From Octopus vulgaris (lineage: Eukaryota), in assembly GCA_951406725.2 (NCBI GenBank), contig OX597824.1, positions 57,350,001-57,414,000 on the forward strand: a stretch of 64,000 nucleotides of DNA. Reading direction: 5' to 3'. Position 1 is the stretch's first letter, and each line of letters begins with the position of its first letter. The notes under the pieces are model-generated. The model was given only the letters and a program-made list of their open reading frames with translations. It did no database searches and was not told the origin of the DNA. Below, one piece after another: positions 25,140-39,336 of the stretch. The position numbers and the translations under genes are program-made.

Positions 25140-26050
25140 GTGATGTCCCATAGAACAAGTCAGCTCTGATGTGGTTGTACTTGTTTGCTGTTTTTAATAT
25201 TCCATCAGTTTTCCTTACTTTTAAATGTGGGAATACATTCTAGTTCCTATGTGCCTTTTATATGACTATCAAGACAATCCTTCCAGTGGATCGTATTGCA
25301 AACGGATTAGGCAGCAATATCATATCACATGAGAAAGTAATACGTTACGGAATTCATGGATGATTGTGAGTGGTATTTTCTATACTGGCGTGGCACAGTC
25401 GACACTTTTTTTTACATCCTTATCTCTTTTGTTGACCAGGTATTTAGTACCTGTCTCTTGTCATATCCTCCTTGGTTGGATGTGATATATTTACCACAGG
25501 ACCAAGGGAAGTTACTGCTCTTGTCAGTGTTGTTGGTATTCTCTAACTCTCAGTATATGTAACCATGTACAACTTTCTGGTGTTATGTTGTGAGTATTTC
25601 ACCTTCAACTTACTGTGTAATGAGGACGCTCCAGACATTCTTGGTTCACACAGAGCAGTTATACACTAAGAGTACCTGTTTATGAGTTCTTCATCTAACC
25701 GCAAGATGCTAACATATGATATGCATATTTCTCTCATTACTGTTCAGTTTATGCTAAGTGACAAATGTGACACTCAAAGGCGACTGGAAGGCTTTTGCAT
25801 CTCTGCCAACATGCTTCTGTTTAACACAGATTCCGTTGGCATTACTATTGGTGGAGAAGGTATCAGTCATTCTCAGTGTCCTCCTTCATCAAATATTTAA
25901 GTTCCAGATTTCCTCAGTTGTCCATTCTCTTGGTACCTGAACTGCCGTTGCGAAAGCTTTGTGGGATATGGTTGTTTTGAACGCTGACACAAATCGGGCT
26001 TGCATACATTCAGAAGTATATTGAAATATTCCTGTGTCATTCAGCTCCAC
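25140..26050 (-). mobile_element. Decayed R4/Dong-like (RLE) non-LTR element fragment
   Basis: QETGTKYLVNKRDK..KCRLCHASIENTTH.. and WNI..LVLWD remnants of the zinc finger and RLE region. Confidence 0.6.
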
Positions 26051-26220
26051 TCACAGAAGTATATGTTTGTTAGTATTTATGTACGTACTTATGTATGAGA
26101 GTCTGCAGAGATGAATTCTGGTAGTCTTAAATTATCTAGAGATTGAAATATTAATTCCTGACTTAGGTATCAGGTCACATATTTAGAGTAAGGGGGATAT
26201 TTAGATTGGCTACATTACTT

Positions 26221-26282
<62 letters not shown>

Positions 26283-27192
26283 ACATATGGATGAATGTAA
26301 TAAATGTTAAAATATTTTAAAGGAAGTTTAAGAAAAACAACGAGAAGTTTGCTGATGAGCGACTCAATATTAAGACTAGAGTGAAATTTATTATAAAAAT
26401 CCTGTTGACTGGGGTACACACACACAGATATACATACGCATAACTACACACACATGCGCGCGCGTGCACACATGCACGCACGCACGCACGCACTCAAGCA
26501 CACAAACACATATACATAAAGTTATTATGCGTGATATATAATATAATCAAAACATAACATTTGGTGGTGAGATAAGGAGTTATATATCTAGAAAACAATT
26601 AGAGCTAGTTTTTTTGACCATCATTGGTTTAGTGGTGCCAAATTCCCGGAAACGAGCGATTTTCTCATTTTCTTATTTCATAAGAGTTAAGCAAAGCCTG
26701 GTGACCCACACAGCTAAACCAATTGTGGCTAAAATCTTGATTTATAAAAACGGTGTATGTGAATACACCGAGACATACATATACATACAAGTGTGTGTGT
26801 GCTTACGTGTGTGTGTGTGTGTTTATGAGTGTGTCTATGTTGGATATGTAAATGACACAGTTGAAGAGGAAACTTCAGAAGAAGGCATCAGTTTCATTGG
26901 AATTACCTGGAGTATAATAGGGAAAACAAAATAGGAAGAATAGAGTGGTAAATTATTCTTGTTATTTTCTTGCTGACATCATCCGTTCTAATGCTGACCA
27001 GATCTTCACACGATCTACGACCTTGACATTCCATTCCTGACTCAACCATTTAGTTTACGTTAACCAATCTGTTCTCCGTTTTAAGACAAGAGCGTTATAA
27101 CAGCCATGTCCAGCTACTGTTGCAAGCAAACATAATTCTTTTTACTCTTTCATTGAATTATTATTTATAAATAATATAGTACTATGAAACAG

Positions 27193-27410
27193 GGCGGTAA
27201 GTTGTCAGAATCGTTAGCACGCCGGGCAAAATCGCTCAGTGGCGTTTCGTCCGTCTTTGTGTTCTGAGTTCAAATTCCGCCAAGTTCGACTTTGTCTTTC
27301 AACCCTTTCGAGGTCGATAAAATAAGTATCTGTTGAGTACTAAGGTTGATGTAATCGACTTATCACCTCCCTCCGAATTGCTGGCATTGTGCCAAAATTT
27401 GAAACGAATA
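27193..27410 (+). mobile_element. MetaSINE-type tRNA-derived SINE
   Basis: tRNA-like head, B box gagttcaaattcc, central ctttcaaccctttcgaggtcgataaaataagta domain. Confidence 0.85.
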
Positions 27411-28309
27411 TAGTATTGTGAAACGAGGTACAGTCTGCACAAATTATAAAACGGTGCAGAAATAAATAAACATGGGTTCATATCTTTCTAGTCATTTAAA
27501 ATGTGTACTTGTAAATCATAGATTCGTAGTTCGGAGACCATCTGTTAATTTGTTTCTCTTTTCTATATTAAAATAGTGTTTACGATGTCTAAAACTAAGT
27601 TTGTTTTCGTACACATCACTGCTTAGCGTTTTACCTCTGTATTTTATTTACATTGAAACTCCGATTAGTGTAACTAATCATAGTACGATGACAGGAATAT
27701 AATAATAAAGACATGTCTCTCTTATCAGTTTGCAGCGTCTCCCTTTCTTATATCTGGCGCTGAGAAGAGTTTATCACTTCGAAGTGTATATATATCCACA
27801 AGTTTGGTTGGGGAGCTCTGCGAACTGACTTGCTGTGTTTGCACCTATTTGTGTACACAGCAAGAAATTATAAAATTATAAAATACAGTGAATGGCTTTC
27901 TTACTGGTCCGAAATTGCTTCAAGCTTATTTGAATTGGTAATGAGTTTGTATTTATACACGTTACTGTTTAGCACTTTCGAGAGTGAACAATAAGTCACA
28001 CAGAAACAGAAATAAACTGACCAGGCAGTAGAATAGATGAGATCGGTACAAAAAATTTATTGTATGAAACAGTGTAGAATGTACCTGTTCTGTGTGCCAC
28101 CCCTAAAACCTTTAATCTATAAATTAACTCATTAGAAAATTACAGTATCGTAGCTGTCATTGACAGTGTTGGATTTCGCAGTAATTAAAGTTTCATTGGT
28201 GGCGACGTAAATGGAAACAAAAGGACGTGCAGCGGTTGTTTGCGGTTTTAGCTCTTTTAACCCCCCCCCCCCCCCGATTAGTTTTGCTTACCACTTCTCT
28301 CTATCTCTG

Positions 28310-28368
<59 letters not shown>

Positions 28369-28373
28369 GTCTG

Positions 28374-28468
<95 letters not shown>

Positions 28469-28645
28469 GCCTGTCTGACTGACAGTCGGTCAGTCAGTCA
28501 GTCTGTGTTATACAGTGAATAAACATTATCTCTTGTAGGCTCGCTCTATACAAATGTAGAATTGGTATATAATTTTTATAGGTATAATGAAAAACACACA
28601 CGCGCACACACATGCAAGATGATTCTAAAGATCCTTTAGCGCAAA

Positions 28646-29134
28646 CCCTTAAACGGCAGGAAAAGTTTGCATGGATTTGTGTGCCAAACGGGCAAAAAAC
28701 AGAACGATTTTTCTCCATAAGGATAATTTTTATACGCATTTTCATTTAAAATAAGTGCAAAAACTATGAAAATTTATATTGTCACTATCGGAAAGTGCCA
28801 TTATATATTGTTTTTTTTTTTTTTCATATCCGGTCTGAACATAAATTCATTTCAGATTCCCTCATTGTTGTTGTCAAACGAATGTACAAATGGAGAAAGT
28901 TGGGGTGCTTTTTCCTTCATAAGGTAGTTGAAGCATCACTTTCTTCTGTGTTCTCTCGATCCTCATTATCTATCTCAGCTGAAGTCAGAAAATAATTTTT
29001 TCTCACTGCATAAATTTTCTATTCGCGCTGATTTCTCCCCACGAAAATGGCCGCTAACGCTTAGATGCGTTTGATGATGGCCGTATCCATGTAAAATTTT
29101 TGAAACGTTAAATGATGATGTACTCCGTTTAAGG
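28646..29134. mobile_element. piggyBac-type non-autonomous element
   Basis: TIR cccttaaacgg / ccgtttaagg followed by TTAA on the right side; left TSD degenerate. Confidence 0.45.
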
Positions 29135-30358
29135 TTAACAGACGAGCTCAGTTGCGTTTCCCAAGATACATCTCATCTCTCTCTGTCTGTCTCTTCCTCA
29201 CAACTTTTACCTCTCTACCACATCATTCATCTACTATATTGCATTTATTAAACCCGCTCCATTGACAACCACGGCTCAGGGATCCCGTCATAGCTTGTAT
29301 AGTGTTATGCCGTTCGTACAGGTGCCTATTGAACTAGGTTTACCCAGCCATTTCAACTGAATTATATTATAACATCTATGAGTCTACGAAAATTCTAGAA
29401 TTCTCTCATCTTTTGATAATCACATTTTTCTAAATGATATAAAATTGTAATAAAATAAAGAACGCAAATTTTATATATTTAAAAGTGATTTCTGGACCAC
29501 TCATTTTATGTAGGTATACACACACATACACACACATATACACACACACACATATATATATAGTGTATATGCGCGTATATGCGTGTATATGTATATACAT
29601 ATACATGTATATACATTGTGTGTGCAAGTTTCCATGCGTATGTGTATAGAAAGTGATGATGATAATAGTTTAGCGGCATTCTCATCCCTTCTGGTGGATA
29701 TTTAATTTAAAATGACAAACCATGTGAAATCAAATAACTTAAAGAGGTTTTGTTTTCGTTTGTTTCTTTGTTTAAAGGAAACAATTCTATATTTTTTGTT
29801 ATGTTTTCGTGGGGAAGGATTTTTATAGATTTTTTTAAAGGGAATTTCTGAAGAAACGATCATTTCTTCATTCTCATTTTATTAGCTAGTGCCTATCTTT
29901 CTAATGTATTTATCCGTATTATTATTATTGTTTTTGTTGTCGTTGATAGTTTTGTATTTATTTTTTGTTTTGTAATTTCCTCCTCCCTAAATCATGGTAA
30001 TATTATTAACCTCCGTCTTAAGTTCGGGAGGATGTCTTTTGCTTTGAAGCTCCATTTAATCCCGTAAAACGTAAGGAACACAGACATACACACAAACAAA
30101 CACAGACACACACACAGACACACACACACAAATACACAAACACGCACACACACAATCGCACAATTACACACACGTACACTTACACTCCCCACACACTCAG
30201 AAGTACATGTTCGCATACATATACATGCCCTCAAATATACTCATGTCTCTATACACGGACCCACAAAACCTCGCATAGAGACACATATACAGACTCAAGT
30301 ATACATATCTATATATATTCATACTAAAACAGATGGTGACTCAACAAATACACACATT

Positions 30359-30414
<56 letters not shown>

Positions 30415-31654
30415 CACTCACACACTCATACACACAAACACAGTATTATACACTCACATAAATGCTCGCAAGCGCATACACTTAGATACGTTCTCACATA
30501 TACATATCTCTATACACACACACACACACTCATATACTTATAGACACATATACACTCTCAGACATGCATACCTATATACAGTGAGACACGGCACACATTC
30601 TCAAGCATATTCTCATAAACACATAGACAGATATACGTATAATGAAATTTCTGAATGCAAATATCAGTCTGTGGCAAGAGGTGGTGGTGGTGGTAGTGGT
30701 AGGATATATTGGAGATTGATTTCACAGACCCCACCCTCTCCTATCATGCTATTTTATCTGATGTAGGTCTATAAATTGTCGTAAAACACCCCCGAATAAG
30801 TAAATTAATCCGAACAACGGGAGAAAGAGAACATATCAAAAGCAAAGCCAACTAAAATAACGAAAAGCAAAAAAGAAAAAACAAAAAAAACAAGAGCAAA
30901 AAAAAAGAATGAAAGCTAAACCAACAACTGAGGGGACGTATTGTATTACTGGTTAATCTCCCTATATTTTCATGTCTGATCCCTCTGGAACTGTATTTAT
31001 TTACTATTGCCATTATTTTTGTATTTTCGTGAATGGAACTCCACCTCTTCCACACCGTTAAAACGAGACACTCTCTCTATTGCGCGCGCGCACAGACACT
31101 CTCTCTATCGCGCGCGCGCACATACACACACACGCACACACACCCACATTCACACACGCATACATCACACGCGCAAACATACACGCATGTACACACACGC
31201 GCACGCATACACACGTACATAAATATTTCGTGTTGTTTCAGAGACATTCTAATATAATATAATATTTTTTTTAGACAATGTAAATTTCTGAGTGTGTAGG
31301 ATACATATTGGGTACATTCAGAGTGGACAGTGTGTAAAGTACAATACAGAGCAATGGATTTAGAGATCAACTACGGTTAATATCTGTTAGCCAGAACACA
31401 TACGTTTTATGGTTAAATGTATTAACTTCTGAAGAGATATTTTCTACCTGCAATAGTCATAAACGCACTACTCTTTAGCAGGAACAGACGTACATACAGC
31501 ATGGTGGGAAACACCGTTTTCCTGTCAAAATTTGTCATTACACTGAGTTAAAAAGAAAAGACCTTCACAACCCACTAACCCAAACTCTTTGCTTTCCAAA
31601 TAGGGATAGATATCATGTCGTAGGAAAACCGTACCTCTTCCGTACAATACATAG

Positions 31655-31980
31655 CGTGTTTGGAAGAAGTCCAATATCTCCCTAAGTACCAAAATCTCTC
31701 TTTTCCGTCGCCGAGTGGTTCTGCCTGACCTCCTCTACAGCGCTGAGATTTGGACCATCCTCAAGCGGGACCTGGACAAGCTCAACGTGTTCTAAATGCG
31801 GTGTCTTCGTCAGATCCTTGGTGCTTCTCTATGTGACCGAATCTCAAACAACAGCATCCAAGAACAATGCCAGCAACAGCAGCTGGCCTTTGAAGACCAA
31901 GTCCGGCAGCGTAGGCTACTGTGGTTTGGTCACGAATTCAGGATGAGCACCAGAAGACTACCACACCAACTCGCCAGCTA
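31655..31980 (+). mobile_element. RTE-clade LINE fragment
   Basis: STKISLF..VLPDLLYSAEIWT..LNVF*MRCLRQILG..DRISN...RRLLWFGH.FRM..RLP. Confidence 0.85.
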
Positions 31981-32125
31981 TGGAGTTTACTTTACTTACC
32001 TTTTTTTACTAAATAAGTACCGTATACTAAAGAAAAATAGTTATAAAACCCACTCCGTCCTAGCTGAAAAATACTTTGTGCGTGTGCGTGTGTGTGTGTG
32101 TGCGCGTGTATGAGTGTGTGTTTGT

Positions 32126-32185
<60 letters not shown>

Positions 32186-32657
32186 GGAGAGAGGGAGATT
32201 GAAGAAAATGAAAGAGAAGGGAGATAAAGTGAGTGAGTGAGAGAGAACACTACAACAACAATCTACAACAGTGTGATGTTGATTCGTTAGGTTATTGATA
32301 CGGTCAAATTGTAACCCTCCAGTTACTTCAATACTTTGAAGTAACTGAAGGGTTAACAATATAATTTGGTTGTAGTGTTGTGTTGAAATGATGTGTCAAA
32401 GATATAGTTTGATGGTGGAGGTGATTTACTGAATGAAGTGAAAGACATATAAGATTTGAACCCCCGAAAACTTAGTAAATTATGTGGAAATATTAATTCC
32501 TATTTTTAGTTAATTGGGAGGAGGCAATGATCTCGATATTTCATACTGTAATTGATGTCCATCCTAAATATCTGTTTGAGAATAATTTCAGGGAAAAAAA
32601 CAATAAGCAATGAATGAATTGCTGCAGTATGGAGCAGTGAAGTGTAGTGGTATTTAA

Positions 32658-32867
32658 GCCTTTAGCATTTAAACCGGCCATATCCAGCACCAACATTCTC
32701 CTTGATTTGTGTCCTAACCAGTCAGATCCAGCCTCTCACATCTGTTCTTCAATGTCCTTTTAGAAATAAGCAATCACATCAAAATCCATGAGATAATGTA
32801 TGATTAATGTTAAACAATATGGATATATAAGCATTACATTTGACAGGGTAATCTGAATGTTAAAAGG
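32658..32867. mobile_element. piggyBac-type MITE
   Basis: TTAA TSD on both sides (32654-57 and 32868-71); TIR gcctttagcatt / aatgttaaaagg. Confidence 0.75.
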
Positions 32868-34156
32868 TTAACAGGATTTGGTGTTAAGTGAAGCGTTTAT
32901 TATGGTCGCGTTATGGTTGCTAGTTCCCACAGCACCGAGAATTTTTGTCAAGTTAGGGTTGGAGGTGAAATACAATGAAGACACGTAACTGCTGGTACAT
33001 AGTTGAGAATAATCAAAATAGAGAATGGTTGGTGGCGGTGTGATGGAGTGGCAGTAGGCCAGCGATGGTGAATGATAAAGGTGGGTGGGCGACAGAAATG
33101 GAATAATAGTAGATGAGTAATGCAAAGTAAGTGATGGTATATGAGTGGCGGTGAGTGAGCCAGCAACAAAAAACAAACCTTCTGGGGCAACCGCTTAAGA
33201 AACTCACATCACATTAATTATTTTTATATAACTTCAAATATTGAGTTATCATCGTCAAAGTATCTGTCGTCGTATTGAGAGTTGGGTTGTGTATTATTTT
33301 TATTGGTATAGTTGAGGGTGGAAGCTTGGTAGACTTGCAGTTAGGGGTGGAGGGTTGCCTTTTAATTATAATTTGTTATTTACTGATAATGTGATGTGAC
33401 ACAAAGCCAAAAAGTTGTGTGGTTGATTTTGCCATCTGAACCAATCCGGTGGAGAGCATTGTTTAATCAACCCAGAATAGGTATTGTCTACAAAACTGAT
33501 CCCATGAGATATGTCTATTTAACCGACATCCAAGCCTTGTCTGATGGGAGCCAAAGACTAGGTTCCTACGTAATTCCTCCATCATTTCTTAAATGGCAGT
33601 CACTTTTCATTCAGGTTAAGTACTACGGCATTGTATATTTCTCAGGAGTAGAAGGTCAGTTGGTATTTCTAGCTTCGAGACTGTCTTCTTCAGTTGCTAT
33701 TTTTTTTATTTTTCAAGTTCGTAAGGTAGAGCCAATCGTGAAAAATACCCCTGCTGTCTTCAAGGTATCGTTAACTCGATTCATGTTGCGATTTATTTTA
33801 TTAATATTGTATTTCTGTTTTCTGTAAAGTGTTTTTTAATTTATTTTAAAAATGATCTGTTGTTGTAACGACGATGGCTTCACGCCCAACGAAATAATTT
33901 CGTCGTCTTTTACGACCTACAGGTGAAAAAGCTTGCTTTACCAGTTCCAGTATTGTAATCATGGTGTCTTTAAACTACTTTCTTTCTTCTGGCAATGTCA
34001 CCGCCAATATAAAACAACAACAACAACAACAATATCAAAGACAGCAATAAAAAACAAGAAACAAAAATAATTTTACACAAAATAATGACAAAAGTGTTTT
34101 CCATTTTTTTATTTTGTTTCGTTTACATTGTCAGCTGCATGTTTCGAATTTAATGG

Positions 34157-34192
34157 GTGGTGGTAGTGGTGGTGGTGGTGGTGGTGGTAGTG

Positions 34193-34244
<52 letters not shown>

Positions 34245-34245
34245 A
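34157..34245. repeat. (GGT)n/(AGT)n microsatellite
   Basis: Visible runs. Confidence 0.95.
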
Positions 34246-34528
34246 AGAACAATAACAGCTGCAATAATAATAACAACGAGGACAATAACAATAAAATGCG
34301 CAACAAAGATAGCACTAATATTACCAACGACCACAGTAATTACTGCTACTGCTGCTGCCTCATGCACATCAAAAGAGACATTGAAATACGGAAAAAATGT
34401 GCAACAAAACAGATGCAATCATGCATTATACATACATGCATACTTATCCACACTCCCACTTTCCCACACACCTACATACACACATATATATATATACATA
34501 TATACATATATACACGCATATACACAAA

Positions 34529-35000
34529 TACGAGGTATTATCAGAAAGTTACCGGACTAGGCCTGAAAAAGTACAAGAGTACTCCATTAAGTAACACATT
34601 TCATGTATTATTTATATTCGGGTACTGTCCCCTTTCAAAATAGCTCTGTTGGGGACGTACACGTTGATCTTAGTTTCCACGCACGCAACATTCATACACG
34701 ATGACTTTGATTAGCACATACTGTATACAATAATCATACAAGGTGATCTCAGCTCTCAACTATGCAGTAATTATGCGCAATAATCCCAATCTTCCACGCT
34801 GCCAATGCACCTCTCCTCTTTAAGTAGCGTCTCTTAAGCTTCAATTTCATTTGATCCTAATATGGTGAGGTAAGAAAAAGAGGAGAAAAATAGGTAGGTA
34901 CTGGGGTTTGTAGCGGCCACCGTTTTATTTAATGTTTGAAATTATGTATCTTGAGGCAAGTGCGAACATATGCATTCTCATGATGTAACGCTTAGTAGAT
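34529..35000 (-). mobile_element. mariner-like relic
   Basis: TA-cgaggtattatcagaaagttaccggact TIR-like end; minus-strand LHHENA resembling LHDNA. Confidence 0.45.
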
Positions 35001-35370
35001 GTAGGATCTTCGTCCTACATCTACTATTTCGTTACTGATTGGTTCTAGCATTTCGTTACTGATTGGTTATTCGAATCCCTCATTTCTTGAACTCGAAAAA
35101 AATCATGAAACGCGCTTGCCACTCATAAACCTACGTTTGACCTACATATTATTCATCAAAACACCGACCACAATTTCAAGGTCCTGAGGAAATAGATCTG
35201 TCGAGCTTCAAGTGGCATCTTGATGAAATAATGTTGTTGAATGTGTTAGCGATTATGAAATTTATAGCCATAGTGGTACAGAATTATACATCTTTGCCAA
35301 ATTATTAAACACAAGTAATTAGCGTGAAATCTATTTACAAACTGGCTTAATACTCGTTCCTGTTTTCGTT

Positions 35371-35401
<31 letters not shown>

Positions 35402-36014
35402 CACAATTTAGGTTAGTTGAAATATGTTTGTCACATATTTCAACTGCTAAAGGTAAATACACTGCAGTTACCCTGGAGAAAAATCTCTCTTATGATAAAA
35501 GGGTGTAAAAACACCCAGTTCGTTCAGTGTCACCACCTCTCGGGAATCTCAGACATCGATGTTTCGAGTTGATTGACGCTTGTAAATGAGATGTACTTAA
35601 GAGAGGCAACTCTGAACGTACTAAATAAAGCTTGTAGCTTTATATATAATTCAGCCAACACGTTGACTGATTTGCGCTAGTAGATCGCCCGATCGAGAAA
35701 AATCACGAAGTAATGGCGCAAATCAGTGTTTATGAATAATCACAATTTAGTTTAGTTGCGTATATATATATATATATATATGAGAAAAGTTTAGGTTCTA
35801 TTTCATCCTTTACTTTGGGGGTTCCAAAGTTAGATTTCTAATAAAGATTCTTCATATTAAATTGGTAGCTTATTATTGTAAGTATTTTTAATATGAAAAT
35901 GTTACAAGTATAAGGTGTGTTATGAGCATTTATACAACACGTATCCTATATAAACTCAACAACCAATTAAAGATGGAGAAGAGATGTTAAGAGTTTCATA
36001 ATAATTTAATCCAT

Positions 36015-36116
36015 GCATGCGATCGTTTCGAACGGTAATATTAACATGTAAAAAACATGGAAAAAATTAATTAATTTATGATTAAATTAATTACATATTA
36101 CCGTTCTCCTCAGTGC
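36015..36116 (-). ncRNA. Near-intact minimal hammerhead ribozyme
   Basis: gca-CTGAGGA-gaacggtaatat...atattaccgttc-GAAAC-GATC-GCA-tgc; 12 bp stem II; cleavage triplet reads GCA instead of GUH. Confidence 0.75.
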
Positions 36117-36213
36117 GAAAGAAGAAAACCTCAAAAAGAATATATTGGAAGAATACTATATTCAATTTTAAAAAAGGTAAAATCAGACAGAACTTATGGG
36201 ATGACCTGACATA

Positions 36214-36667
36214 TAATAAATGAAAAATACACATTAAGGACAGGACATCACCAACGGATGATAAATACGTAAATATTCAACGAGAGATAAGTACGGGACA
36301 AAATATCAAAAGATGTCCAACCGCTCCTCAGTTGTTGATTGTGATATTATTCCCTGTTTCGTGCTTTTAACGACAAAACAGTCGTCATCGATTGTTTACT
36401 TCCATATGTCCACTCTTGTGCCGTTTGTTCATTCGAAGCCCTAACCTCCACAAATTTATATTTCTAAAAGTTCTGAATACTGCTATCTTATGAAGTTTTC
36501 CTATCTTGTCGTTAAAAGCATGAAACAAGGAGTAACATCACAGTCGACAACTGAAGAGGGGTTAGACTTCTTTTGATATTTTCCCTGTACTTATCTATCA
36601 TTTTGCGTTTACGTATATTTCACTCATTGGTAATGTCCTGTTCTTAATGTGTATTTTTCATTTATTA
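36214..36667. repeat. Diverged inverted repeat (arms 36214-36381 and 36501-36667)
   Basis: Arms are reverse complements, each with GAAAC-N5-RTA-N16-CTGARGA. Confidence 0.85.
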
Positions 36668-36704
36668 AATAATTGAATGCCACGCAGCCTTTGTCAACAG
36701 TAAG

Positions 36705-36768
<64 letters not shown>

Positions 36769-37235
36769 TACACATGTATGTATATATTTATATATTTATA
36801 GGAGTCAGGTTGAGAAACCAACTAAGGGATAGTACCTATCCAATATACTGCTGGTAGTAGGGTTATTTAAGAACATTACAACAATTTAAGAACATAACAA
36901 CAGGTGTCTTTCGACTAATGCAGACGAATCAAGTTGAGCTGGCGTGTATAACGTGAAATCCTGAAGACAGGAACATAGGAGATTAACATAAGAGATGAAA
37001 GTAGTGAGACAGGAATATGAGAGATACTTCGCGGCCGACAGTCGAGCCAACAAAGAAAGATTATGCTTGGCCAAACAGCGGTCAAGTGGAAGGAAAACAG
37101 AGAGGTAGGGGCGGAGTGATTGAAGAATTAGGGGGGGAGCGAGAAAGAGAGAAAATCAAAGGGACATAGAGAAGATACAAGGGAGATGTGTGTATATATA
37201 TGTATATACATATGTATATATATATGTATATATTT

Positions 37236-37779
37236 AAATATGAGAGAGTGACTACTATGTGGTCTACTCTAGTGCTAAAAATAGATCCACTATGGTATAG
37301 CCACTAAAAAATTGTTTCCAAGGAGAAATAACACAACATTTAACGTGGGGCAAGTGAAAAATAACGAAAAAATAGATTAACCCTGAACAATTGTATCATT
37401 ATTAATGTAATATGCAATTTTACTTACACAACATCCATAAATCATCAGCAGGAGTTTGTCTTAAATACAATTTATTAAATCGCTCGTTATATTTCGACGC
37501 AGCGCCAAAATACACGTGCGGTTCGATCAATTGCATTAGTAGCTATGATTCAAATTCCCCCGCCAAAAGTATGATAAGACTACTGGAAACGAATACCGCC
37601 TAAAATATTTACTGCAGTATAATTAAATTTATAAATGAGGGTGAAAAATTTGATATTAATTAATAATACCATCAATTTAACACCAAGTGGCTTAGCACAT
37701 AAAAACCAGGGATACAATACAAATTTATACATAAATATGAGAGAGTGACCACTATGTGGTCTACTCTAGTGCTAAAAAT
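37236..37779. repeat. Unit of ~500 bp bounded by a 47 bp direct repeat
   Basis: aaatatgagagagtgacYactatgtggtctactctagtgctaaaaat at 37236-37282 and 37733-37779. Confidence 0.85.
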
Positions 37780-37782
37780 GCG

Positions 37783-37883
37783 CTCACAAGGTCTTGGTCG
37801 GCCCAAGGCTATAGTAGTAGACACTTTCTGAAGGTGTCACGCAGTAGGACCGAACCCGGAACCGTAGACCAACCCCTGCGCCT
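37783..37883 (-). mobile_element. SINE family A, partial
   Basis: ctcacaaggtcttggtcggcccaaggctatagtag...gaacccggaacc. Confidence 0.8.
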
Positions 37884-38232
37884 ACGAATTATATGCACAT
37901 TTCGTGCATAATCGTCATTCGGATGAAATATAGTTTGTCAGACGAACGATTATAGATTGAATGTCATATCAGTATCAGGCTGAACATAGCCTCTTTGATC
38001 TAGCCATCCACCCGAGAATACATACATACATGCATACATACATACATACATACATACATACATACATACATAATACATACATACATACATACATACATAC
38101 GTACGTACGTACGTGCATACACACCCCACACACATGCAGACGCATATATCTATTGTAATGTAAGAGTTGCTAAAACAGATTGAAAATTCACTTTATCTAG
38201 TAAAAACATAATCTGGTATAGAACTCAATATA

Positions 38233-38285
<53 letters not shown>

Positions 38286-38288
38286 AAA

Positions 38289-38779
38289 AAGAAAACGGGG
38301 AGGATATAAAATCGACAGACATCAGCCGGTAAACATTCCAGTATTTCTATTTATTCAAATGTATTGGATGAATATACACACATGTATGGTACAAATTAGC
38401 GAGTGGAAAAAACTGGTAACTGCAAAACAAGGGTGTGAATACATATAAGCATATAGAAAGAAATTAGCAATTGAGCAAATTGGCAAAACACTAACTGAGT
38501 GTGCATGTACTAGTCCTTACGGCCGTTTCTGCCAAGAGGCGACGAAATCTTCCAGGCTATCTCCTTCTCTTCAGTGTTAGGCATGGATGAACAGACAAGA
38601 CTTGGATAACAGATGTGCCCCTAGGCTTCTTCAGAGTGTGTAACTGGTTGGGATGGGGCTAATACATATAAAAGTCAGTTAGCTATGTGTGTGTATTCAT
38701 CCAATACCTTTGAATAAATAGACATACTGGAATGTTTACCGGCTGATGTCTGTCAAATTTGTAGCCTCTCTGTTTTCTT
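38289..38779. mobile_element. Small non-coding element with ~90 bp terminal inverted repeats and an internal hammerhead
   Basis: 38289-38383 is the reverse complement of 38685-38779. Confidence 0.75.
38516..38636 (-). ncRNA. Minimal hammerhead ribozyme with long stem II
   Basis: ct-CTGAAGA-a-gcctaggggc...gcctcttggc-a-GAAAC-GGCC-GTA-ag; stem I is short. Confidence 0.6.
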
Positions 38780-39336
38780 ATTTGCCGTATAAATTAAGAG
38801 TAAGCCACTTGTTAGCCCCGCCCATATGTAATACCCAATTGCGAGATTGTCATGCAATAACTAGCACTTGGATATTTAAGAACATAACAACAGGTGTCTT
38901 TCGACTAATACAGACGAATCAAGTTCTGTAAATTGTTCTTAAATTGTTGTTCTTAAGGAAAAGTTAAATAAATGAGAAGTATATGATTATATGTATATTA
39001 AATAAAACCTTATAAACATTGGCAAAAACACACCTTTAGTTCATATAACTAATCGCTATCATTATATATAAGTTAAACCTTTTTCTTTTTATATCTAACA
39101 TTCACTAAAAAAAATATATTTTCCTAGTTTATATGGCTTTATTTAATATACATATAGTTATATACTTCTCATTTATTTAACTTTTCCTTAATTTATCCCT
39201 CCTCTTTCTATAGGCTACCTCTGATGTTATATCATATAACGTTTTTTCAAACAGTATTAATAGCGTTCAGTAAATCACTATACATATCCATAATTTTCTG
39301 TTAAAATGTCTTATTGACGAGTTTCATTTCTTCTCG

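Noticed and set aside
26835-26940. Minus-strand splice-acceptor-like site followed by a short frame
   Set aside because: No partner exons or recognisable protein found
33230-33830. ORF 33396-33827 and possible minus-strand Penelope fragment
   Set aside because: No clear motif on either strand
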